Positions 54,170-64,000 of a stretch of 64,000 nucleotides of DNA are shown piece by piece. The DNA is from Pristiophorus japonicus (taxonomy: Eukaryota): assembly GCF_044704955.1 (NCBI RefSeq), contig NC_091985.1, forward strand, positions 203,732,001 through 203,796,000, given 5' to 3'. Position 1 is the stretch's first letter. Every line of letters begins with the position of its first letter. The translations under genes and the position numbers were made by a program. The notes beneath the pieces were generated by a model. That model worked only from the letters and a program-made list of their open reading frames with translations. It ran no database searches and was not told the DNA's origin.

Positions 54170-55545
54170 TAGAATCCATAGAAATTTACAGCACGGAGGG
54201 AGGCCATTTCGGTCCATCGTGTCCATACCGGCCGACTAAGAGCTATCCAGCCTAATCCCATCTTCCAGCTCCAGGTCCGTAGCCCTGCAGGTTACGGCAC
54301 TTCAAGTGCACATCCAAGTATTTTTAAATGTGGTGAGGGTTTGTGCCTCTACCACCTTTTCAGGCAGTGAGTTCCAGACTCCCACCACCCTTTGGGTAAA
54401 TACATTTCCCCTCATGTCTCCTCTATACCTCCATCCAATTACTTTAAATCTAGACCCTCTGGTTGTTGACCCCTCTGCCAAGGGAAACAGGTCTTTCCTA
54501 TCTACTCTATCCAGGCCCCTCATAATCTTATACACTTCAATCAGGTCTCCCCTCAGCCTCCTCTGTTCTAAAGAAAACAGACCTAGACTATCCAATCTTT
54601 CCTCATAGCCAAAGTTCTACAGACCAGGCAACATTCTTGTAAATCTCCTCTACACCCTTTCCAGTGCAATCACATCTTTCCTGTAATATGGTGACCAGAA
54701 CTGCACACAGTACTCCAGCTGCGGCCTAACCAGTGTTTTATGCAGTTCAAGCATAATGTCCTTGGCTCTTATATTCCATGTCTCGACTAATAAAGGCAAG
54801 TATTCCACATGCCTTCTTAATCACCTTATCTACCTGGCCTGCTACCTTCAGGGATCTGTGAACCTACACTCCAAGGTCCATTTGTGCCTCTACACCTTTC
54901 AATGCCATACCAGTTAATGTGTATTCCTTTGTCTTATTAGACCTCCCCAAATGCATTACCTCACACTTCTCCGGATTGAATTCCATTTGTCACTGTTCTT
55001 CAGCTTTCTTCATTATCAACTACACAGCCTATTTTAGTGTCATCTGCAAACTTCTTAATCATACCCCCAACATTTAGGTGCAAGTCATTGATACATACCA
55101 TAAAAAGCAAGGGACCCTGCACTGAGCCCTGCAGAACCCCACTGGATACAGACTTCCAGTCACAAAACACCCATCAACCATTACCCTTTGCTTCCTTCCT
55201 CAGCCAATTTTGGATCCAACTTGCCCCTTTACCTTGGATCCCATGGGCTTTTACTTTCATAACCAATCTGCCATGTGGGACCTTATCAAAAGATTTGCTA
55301 AGATTAATTTGCACTACAATATACGCACTGATCTTATCGACCCTCCTGGTTACCTCCTTGAAAAATTCAATCAAGTTAGTCAGGCATGACCTTCCCTTAA
55401 TAAATCCATGCTGACTGTCCTTGATTAATCCATGTCTTTCCAAATGAAGATTTATTCTTTCCGTCAGGATTTTTTGCAATACTTTTCCCACCACTGAGGT
55501 TAGCGTACTGGCCTGTAATAACTCGGTCTATCCCTTTCTCCCTTT
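54170..55545 (-). mobile_element. CR1 LINE 3' fragment
   Basis: ORFs SQHGFIKGRSCLTNLIEFF..FDKVPHGRL and LGLFSLEQRRLRGDLIEVYK. Confidence 0.92.
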
Positions 55546-55769
55546 TTAAGCAAAGGTCTTGGTCGGCAGGTGCAGACACGATGGGCCGAAATGGCCTCCT
55601 TCCATACTGTACATTTTTTTGATTCTATGAAAAAGTCCCGTTCATTCCTACTCTGTTTTCTGTCCATTAACCAATCCTCAATCCATGCTAATATATTACC
55701 CTTAATCCCATGAGATGTATTTTAGCCATTTTATGTTAATATCTCTAAAACCTAGAAGGGCTTCAGATA

Positions 55770-56180
55770 CACAAACCTTTAAAAGTGGGAGGACAAGTTG
55801 ATGAAGTGGTTAAAAAGCACATGTGATCCTAAGTTTTATAAATAGGGGTGTGGAGTACAAAAGGGCAGAGGTCATGTAAACCTGTACTAATCATTGGTTC
55901 GACTGCAGTTCGAATATTGTGTCAGGTTTTGGGGATCTTACACCAGGAAGGATGTCGAGGCCATGGAGAGGGTGCAGAGAGATTCACTGAGACGATACCA
56001 GGGACAAGAGCCTTTAGTTATCAGGGGAGATTGGAGAAACTGGGGCTCTTTTCATTAGAACAAAGGAGAATTGGAGATCTGAGGGAGGTGGTCAGAATGT
56101 GATCAGGTAAATGAGGAAAAACTATTTCCACCAGTCGGTGAGTCAGTAACTCGAGGACATCAAATTCAAATCATCACCAA
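55770..56180 (+). mobile_element. Decayed CR1 RT C-terminal fragment
   Basis: RFTETIPG..SYQGRLEKLGLFSLEQRR. Confidence 0.75.
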
Positions 56181-56382
56181 AAGGCTCAGACCCAGGGAGG
56201 AACTATCGAGCACACTGCACAACAATGTTCGGGACACTCACTGTCCCTCTGCATCTGTGTCCAGGTGATGGGTTTCTCTTATCTTTGGGTTAAATGATGT
56301 TCTCATCGAGGTGATGATGTCAGTGCTGGGGAATGGGATATTCTGAGATCATATTGTCTGCCTGAAGCACTCTGCAGTCAGC

Positions 56383-56573
56383 TACAGCATGGGTTAGATA
56401 CAGAGTAAAGCTCCCTCTACACTGTCCCATCAGCCACTCCCAGGGCAGGTACAGCACGGGTTAGATACAGAGTAAAGCTCCCTCTACACTGTCCCATCAA
56501 CCACTCCCAGGGCAGGTACAGCACGGGTTAGATACAGAGTAAAGCTCCTTCTACACTGTCCCATCAAACACTG
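56383..56573. repeat. 67-bp tandem repeat x~3
   Basis: TACAGCACGGGTTAGATACAGAGTAAAGCTCCCTCTACACTGTCCCATCAACCACTCCCAGGGCAGG starting at 56383, 56450 and 56517. Confidence 0.92.
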
Positions 56574-58219
56574 CCAGTCCACAATGAGCAGGGCTCAGTG
56601 AGGTTGGTTGCGAGGCACTGCAGTGATGTCATAAAGCAGGCCATTCAGCCCAGCTGGTCCTCTCCGTGTCCCTTTAAAGGTGGAGAGCTGGGACATCCTG
56701 TCTCAACACACATTCCCCCTCTTCATACTGAGAATCCCTGGGGAAGGCCCAAGGTCCAGAGTGTGGAACACATCCAGGGGGAAAGAGAGAGAAGGTGTGG
56801 TAAATCAAGGAGTAGGGACTGAGGGACACCAAGCTGAAGTTTTAGAGGAAGAGTGAGTTCAGTAGTTTAAGATCCAGGGAGAGAACAAGGCATATTGCAC
56901 AAATTGCTACTATTTTACCCTTCTCTTCCTCTCCACCCCTGATGGTGCTGACTCTGGCTGGGTTCAGTACTACACTCACTGGTTCCTCTCCCTCTCCACC
57001 CCTAAAAGGTGCTGACTCTGGCTGGGTTCCATTCTGCATTCACCAATACATGACCCATGTGCCCAATTTCCCTGTATGAACCTCGACAGCGAGTGTCAAC
57101 AGGCTATTCCACTGTCCTCACCTGAGGCCTCACACGTGTATTTTCCAGCAGGGTCACTGGACCCTCCTCCCAATGGCTCAGTGGGTAAAGGTAACGCCCA
57201 GTGTGACTGAATCATAGGAACAGGAGGGACCCAGGTTTAATCCTGTCTGCATATCCTCTCCTTCTAATCCCCTGTAAAAGCTGTTTACAAATATCATCAG
57301 GAACATAGGAACAGGAAAAGACCATTCGGCCCCTTGAGCCTGTTCCGCCATTCAATTAAATCATGGCTGATCAGTATTTTAACTCCGTCTACCTGCCTTG
57401 GTTCCATCGCCCTTAATACCTTTGCCGAAGAAGAATCTATCAACCTCAGTTTTGTAATTTTCAATTATCCCCCATCCTCAGTTTTATTGGGAACAGAGTT
57501 CTTGATTTCCACTACCCTTGAAGAACATATGAGGATAAGAAATCGGAGGAGTGGGCCATGCGGTCCCTCGAGCCTGCTCCGCCATTCAATAAGATCATGG
57601 CTGATCTTCTCCCTCAACTCCACTTTCCCTCACTGTCCCCGTATCCCTTGATTCCTTTCGTGCCCAAAAATCTATCGATCTCAGCCCTGAATATACTCAA
57701 TGACTGAGCATCCACAGTCCTCTGGATTAGAGAATTCCAAAGATTCACATCCCTGAGTGAAGACATTTCTCATCTCAGTCCTAAATAGCCGACCCCTTAT
57801 CCCAAGACTGTGACCCCTATTTCTAGACTCTCGAGCCAAGAGAAACAGCCTCTCAGCATTTGTGTGAGGAAGTGCTTCCTGACATCACCCCTGAATGGCC
57901 TAGCTCTGACTTGAAGGTTATTTCCCCTTGTTGTGGACTCCCTCACCACTCCTTGAGTGGTCTGCACAGTGCGGTCTTAAACGGAGTGTACTTAAACAGA
58001 ATGGTTTATTTGGGAACTTGGAAAGAGTGGGAATTGGGAGAAGAGGGGGAAGGAGTTGCAGCTTTTTGCCACACTGTTTGTAATGCTTTGTGTTACAGGT
58101 AGATATTTAATGTCATTATCCATTACTCAATGCAGATCAAGTAAGAAATCAAAGAACTAAACTGTAAAATAAGTTACTTAAATACAAATGTAATAACATT
58201 TAATTAAATAGAACATGGT

Positions 58220-58860
58220 GATATAGGGCTGGCAGTGCAGGTGGTGTGTCACAAATGCAGCATGTGGGAGTTTGTGGGGAGCATTGTGATCCCGGACAAA
58301 CACCTTTGCAGTAAGTGCATGCATCCTGAGGAGCTTCAGCTCAGAGTTGTTGAGCTGGAGTCTGAGGTGCAGACATTGTGGGGCATCAGGGAGGGGGGAG
58401 TTATCTGGACACTTTGAAAGGGAATGTAGTTGTGTTGGGGGACAGTATAGTCAGAGAGATAGATACTGTTCTCTGCAGACGCGACCGGAAGTTTCGAAGG
58501 TTGTGTTGCCTGCCCGGTGCCAGGGCTAAAGAATCTCCTCACAGCTGGAGAAGAACTTGGAGTGAGAAGGGGGGGATCCAGTTGTCGTGGTCCATGTAGG
58601 AACCAACAACATAGGTAGAACTAGAAATGAGGTTCTGCTGAAGGAGTCGGGGTCCAAATTAAAAAGCAGAACCTCAAAGGTAATAATCTCTGGATTGTTA
58701 AGTGAGCCACGCGGCAATTGGTACAGGGATAAGCAGATTGGAAAGTTAAAAGTGTGACTCAAAGAGTGGTGTGGGAGGCAAGGGTTTTGCTTCATGGACA
58801 CTGGCACCAGTACTAGGGAAAGACGGAGCTGTTCCATTGGGACAGGCCCTACTTAAAACG
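58220..58860 (+). mobile_element. CR1 ORF1 (esterase-type) remnant
   Basis: CHKCSMWE..HLCSKC..LQLRVVELE and VVVLGDSIVRE..LCCLPGAR. Confidence 0.85.
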
Positions 58861-59119
58861 GGCTAGAGGCTAGAACCAGGGTCAAAGTCCGAGGTCCCAT
58901 GGAGGGACAAAGCCGGTGTCAGCAGGATGGGGCCGACACGGAGCATCGACGAACCGCTGTCCAAATTCAGAGACAGGTGGAGCAGGCGAGTGAAGTCCAG
59001 AGGCTATTTGAGGGGCAGAGAGTTCGAGGAGGGAGGTTGTTGCCATAGGAATCAGAGTCGGTGGCGGGAAAGGAAGCTGATGGCGAAACAGATGCAAGTT
59101 GGAGGTCACCGTAGGTCAA

Positions 59120-60612
59120 TAAGAATATAAGAATTAGGAACAGGAGTAGGCCATCTAGACCCTTGAGCCTGCTCCGCCATTCAATAAGATAATGGCTGAT
59201 CTGGCTGTGGACTCAGCTCCACTTACCCGCCCTCTCCCCATAACCCTCAATTCCCTTATTGGTTAAAAATCTATCTATCTGTGACTTGAAAACATTCAAT
59301 GAGCTAGCCTCGACTGCTTCCTTGGGCAGAGAATTCCAGATTCACAACCCTCTGGGAAATTCCTTCTCAACTCGGTTTTAAATTGGCTCCCCCGTATTTT
59401 AAGGCTGTGCCCCCTAGTTCTCGTCTCCCCTACCAGTGGAAACAACCTCTCTGCCTCTATCTTGTCTATCCCTTTCATTATTTTAAACGTTTCTGTAAGA
59501 TCACCCCTCATCCTTCTGAACTCCAAGGAGTAAAGACCCAGTCTACTCAATCTATCATCATAAGGTAACCCCCTCATCTCCGGAATCAGCCTAGTGAATC
59601 GTCTCTATACCCCCTCCAAAGCTAGTATATCCTTCCTTAAGTAAGGTGACCAAAACTGCACGCAGTACTCCAGGTGCGGCCTCACCAATACCCTGTATAG
59701 TTGCAGCAGGACCTCCCTGCTTTTGTACTCCATTCCTCTCACAATGAAGGCTAACATTCTATTCACCTTCCTGATTACCTGCTGCACCTGCAAACTAACT
59801 TTTTGGGATTCATGCACAAGGACCCCCAGGTCCCTCTGCACCTCAGCATATTGTAATTTCTCCCCATTCAAATAATATTCCCTTTTACTGTTTTTTTCCC
59901 CCCAAGGTGGATGACTTCACACTTTCCGACATTGTATTCCATCTGCCAAACCTTCGCCCATTCGCTTAACCTATCCAAATCTCTTTGCAGCCTCTCTGTG
60001 TCCTCTACACAACTCGCTTTCCCACTAATCTTAGTGTCATCTACAAATTTTGTTACACTACACTCTGTCCCCTCTTCCAGGTCATCTATGTATATTGCAA
60101 ACAGTTGTGGTCCCAGCACTGATCCCTGTGGCACACCACTAACCACCGATTTCCAACCCGAAAAGGACCCATTTATCCCGACTCTCTGCTTTCTGTTCGC
60201 CAGCCAATTCTCTATCCATGCTAATACATTTCCTCTGACTCCGCGTACCTCTATCTTCTGCAGTAACCTTTTGTGTGGCACCTTATCGAATGTCTTTTGG
60301 AAATCTAAATACACCACATCCATCGGTACACCTCTATCCACCATGCGCGTTATATCCTCAAAGAATTCTAGTAAATTAGTTAAACATGATTTCCCCTTCA
60401 TGAATCCATGCTGCGTCTGCTTGATTGCACTATTCCTATCTAGATGTCCTGCTATTTCTTCCTTAATGATAGTTTCAAGCATTTTCCCCACTACAGATGT
60501 TAAACTAACCGGCCTATAGTTACCTGCCTTTTGTCTGCCCCCTTTTTTTAAACAAACAGAGGCGTTACATTAGCTGCTTTCCAATCCGCTGGTACCTCCC
60601 CAGAGTCCAGAG
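59120..60612 (-). mobile_element. CR1 LINE 3' fragment (RT)
   Basis: ORF 59868-60491 with QHGFMKGKSCLTNLLEFF, GVPQGSVLGP and FVDDTK. Confidence 0.93.
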
Positions 60613-60669
60613 AAGCGGCAGAGAAAATTAAAACCACAAGCCAGCGAGCAGCAAAGCTGGAAACCGGTA

Positions 60670-61003
60670 GAATGATCAGTTGAAGCCTCGTCCACACACA
60701 GAACACATGTATGGTTTCTCCCTGCTGTGAATGGTGCGATGTTTTTTTCAGGCTGTGTAACTGGTTAAAGCTCTTTCCACAGGCAGTGCACTGGAACACT
60801 CTCACACGGGTGTGTGTGTCTCGGTGCTTTTCCAGTCACACTGATGTTTGAAATCTGTTCCCACAGACAGAACAGAGAAACATTTCTCCTTCCACATTCA
60901 AAGGCTGATGATATTCAAGTCCTGAGAAATCGAATAACTACATCAGATCTTGACGTGATGTTTCATTTGAGTTTCCTGTCTGCAAATCTCACCTTCTAAT
61001 ACA
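60670..61003 (-). pseudogene. 5' part of a C2H2 zinc-finger exon, truncated; paralog of 50170-50487
   Basis: FQCTACGKSFNQLHSLKK, colinear with 50175-50490. Confidence 0.8.
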
Positions 61004-61364
61004 CTGTGAAAGGAGATTTCAAAACTCATCATTGAAAGTACAGGACAGAAATTCAGAATAGGCATATGTACTTTCCATGGAAGATTCTTTCCTTTCTTGT
61101 TCCCATAAAGCTGTAAATCCCTGTCCCACACATTGTCCCTCCTGCTGTGCTGAAATCCAAGCACATCGCACATCTCCTAGACTGTTTCTCCTCCACTCCC
61201 AGTTTTCACTACCAATTCTGGCTGGGTTCAGTTCTACAGTCACTGGTTCCCCTCCCTTTACTCCCCTGAAGGTGCTGACTCTGGCTGGGTTCAGTTCTAC
61301 ACTCACCAGTTTCTTTCCACTATGTGACCCATGTGCCCAATCTCCATGTGTGAACCTCGACAGT

Positions 61365-62700
61365 GATTAGTGTGCAAAATTAAAGCACATGGTATTGGGG
61401 GTAATGTGCTGACGTGGATAGAGAACTTGTTGGCAGACAGGAAGCAGAGAGTCGGGATGAATGGGTCCTTTTCAGAATGGCAGGCAGTGACTAGAGGAAT
61501 GCCGCAGAGCTCGGTGCTGGGACCCCAGCTACTTACAATATACATTAATGATTTATATGAAGGAATTGAGTGTAATATCTCCAAGTTTGCAGATGACACT
61601 AAGCTGGGTGGCAGTATGAGCTGTGAGGAGGATACTAAGAGGCTGCAGGTTGACTTGGACAGGTTAGGTGAGTGGGGAAATGCATGGCAGATGCAGTATA
61701 ATGTGGATAAATGTGAGGTTATCCACTTTGGGGGCAAAATCACGAAGGCAGAATATTATCTGAATGGCGGCAGATTAGGAAAAGGGGAGGTGCAACGAGA
61801 CCTGGGTGTCATGGTACATACATCAGTCATTGAAAGTAGGCATGCAGGTACAGCAGGGCAGTGAAGGCGGCAAATGGTATTTTGACCTTCACAGCTAGGA
61901 GATTTGAGTACAGGAGCAGGGAGGTCTTACTGCCGTTGTACAGGTGAGGCCTCACCTGGAATATTGTGTTCAGTTTTGGTCTCCTAATCTGAGGAAGGAC
62001 ATTTTTGCTATTGAGTGCTGCGAAGGTTCTATTGTTGAGGCCAATTCACTAAATATATTCAAAAAGGAGTTAGATGAAGTCCTTACTACTAGGGGAATCA
62101 AGGGGTATGGTGAGAAAGCAGGAATGGGGTACTGAAGTTGCATGTTCAGCCATGAACTCATTGAATGGCGGTGCAGGCTAGAAGGGCCGAATGGCCTACT
62201 CCTGCACCTATTTTCTATGTTTCTATGTTCACCTGGCTGATTCCGAGGATGGCAGGACTGACATATGAGGAGAGACTGGATTGACTGGGCCTGTATTCAC
62301 TGGAGTTTAGAAGGATGAGAGGGGATCTCATAGAAACATCTAAAATTCTGACGGGACTGGACAGGTTAGATGCAGGAAGAATGTTCCCGATGTTGGGAAA
62401 GTCCAGAACCAGGAGACACAGTCTAAGGATGAGGGTAAGCCATTTAGGACTGAGATGAAGAGAAACTTCTTCACTCAGAGAGTTGTTAATCTGTGGAATT
62501 CCCTACCGCAGAGAATTGTTAATGCCAGTTCATTGGATATATTCAAGAGGGAGTTAGATATGGCCCTTACGGCTAAAGGGATCAAGGGGTATGGAGAGAA
62601 AGCAGGAAAGGGGTACTGAGGTGAATGATCAGCTATTATCTTATTGAATGTTCGAAAGACCGAATGGCCTACTCCTGCACCTAGTTTCTATGTTTCTATG
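61365..62700 (+). mobile_element. CR1 3' fragment with a second CR1 tail nested at ~62028-62227
   Basis: ORF 61370-61864 (FADDTKLGG). AAGGTTC at 62027 resumes as GTTCACC after a (TTTCTATG)n tail. Confidence 0.9.
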
Positions 62701-63644
62701 TCCTCACCTGAGGCCTCACACGTGCATTTTCCAGCAGGGTCACTGGAGCCTCCTCCCAATGGGTAAAGGTAACACCCAGTGTGACTGAATCATAGGAACA
62801 GGAGGGGCCCAGGTTTAATCCTGTCTGCATATCCTCCCTTTCTAATCCCCTGTAACAGCTGTTTACAAAAGTCATCACTGTGTAGGAACAGAGGAACAGA
62901 AAAAGGCCATTCAGCCCCTTGAGCCTGTTGTGCCATTCAGTTAGATCGTGGCTGATCAGTATTTTAACTCCATCTACCTGCCTTGGTTCCATCGCCCTTA
63001 ATACCCTTGCCGAAGAATAATTTATCAATCTCAGTTTTGGAATTTTCAATTAGCCCCAGCCTCAATTTTATGGGGAACAGAGTTCCGGATTTCCACTACG
63101 CTGTAAGAGCATAAGAAATAGGAGCAAGAGTAGATCGTACGGCCCCTCTCGCCTGCCGCGCCATTCAATAAGATCAAGGTTGATCTTGTACTTCAACTCC
63201 ACTTTCCCCGTATCCCTGGATTCCTTCAGTGTCCAAACATCTATCGATCTCGGCCCTGAATACACTCAATGACTGAGCATCCACAGCTCTTTGGGGCAGA
63301 GAATTCCAAAGATTCACAACCCTTTGAGTGAAGACATTTCTCCACATCTCAGTCCTAAATGGCCGTCCGTTATCCTGAGACTATGACCCCTAGTTCTAGA
63401 CTCTCCAGACAAGAGAAACAGCCAATCAGCATTTGTGTGAGGAAGTGCTTCCTGACATTAGTCCTGAATGGCCGAGCTCTGATTTTAAGGTTGTGTCCCC
63501 TTGTTGTGGACTCCCTCACCAGAGGAAATAGTTTCTCTCCATCCACCCCATCAACTCCTTTAATCATCTTAAACATCTCAATTACATCACCCCTTAATCT
63601 TCTATATTTCTCATAATTTACAAACTTCATCACTAAGTACAGGA

Positions 63645-64000
63645 TCATAGAATCACAGAAGTTTACAGCACTGAGAGGCCATTCAGCCCATCGTGTCTGT
63701 GCTGGCCGACAGAGCTATCCAGCCAAATCCCACTTTTCAGCTCTTGGTCCGTGGCCTTGTAGATCACGGCACTTCAAGTGCACATCCAAGTTCGTTTTAA
63801 ATGCTACAAGGGTTTCTGCCTCTACCACCCTTTCAGGCAGTGGTCTCCAGACACCTACCACCTCTGGGTGAAGAGATCTCCCCTCTAAACCTCCTACCAC
63901 TTTATAATCTACGCCCCCCTGGTTGTTGACCCTCTGCTGAGGGAAATAGGTCCTTCCTATCCACTCTATCTAGGCCCCTCATAATTTTATACACCTCAAT
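63645..64000 (-). mobile_element. CR1 3'-end fragment (runs off the window)
   Basis: Colinear with 54170-54540. Confidence 0.85.

Noticed and set aside
57174-57244. Possible tRNA gene (A- and B-box-like motifs)
   Set aside because: No cloverleaf could be folded and the B box is degenerate. Better explained as a SINE head relic.

Overview
Eukaryotic vertebrate genomic DNA, most likely from a cartilaginous fish (inferred from the CR1/HER1-like LINEs, a SacSINE1-like Deu-domain SINE and the H1 type). Positions ~1.9-19.1 kb are a replication-dependent histone cluster. It has one intact quintet (H2B> H2A> <H3.2 <H4 <H1), preceded by decaying H4>H2B>H2A> duplicates with stem-loops, U7-type downstream elements and recognisable promoter motifs. 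The rest is repeat-dense: many CR1 LINEs (one essentially full length with an esterase ORF1), an L2, a Penelope remnant, a Harbinger-like MITE, SINEs, about ten minisatellites and four or five C2H2 zinc-finger pseudogenes with no KRAB seen. The three best leads are: (1) a CR1 whose 5' end is a tandem array of 82-bp TATA+Inr promoter monomers and which stops 3 nt from a predicted TSS; (2) a ~1.8-kb satellite built from the LINE 3'-terminal ~42 nt; (3) the unidentified three-copy NRF1-promoter module lying directly upstream of that satellite. No CRISPR, tRNA or rRNA genes were found. All coordinates were read by eye and repeat boundaries are approximate.
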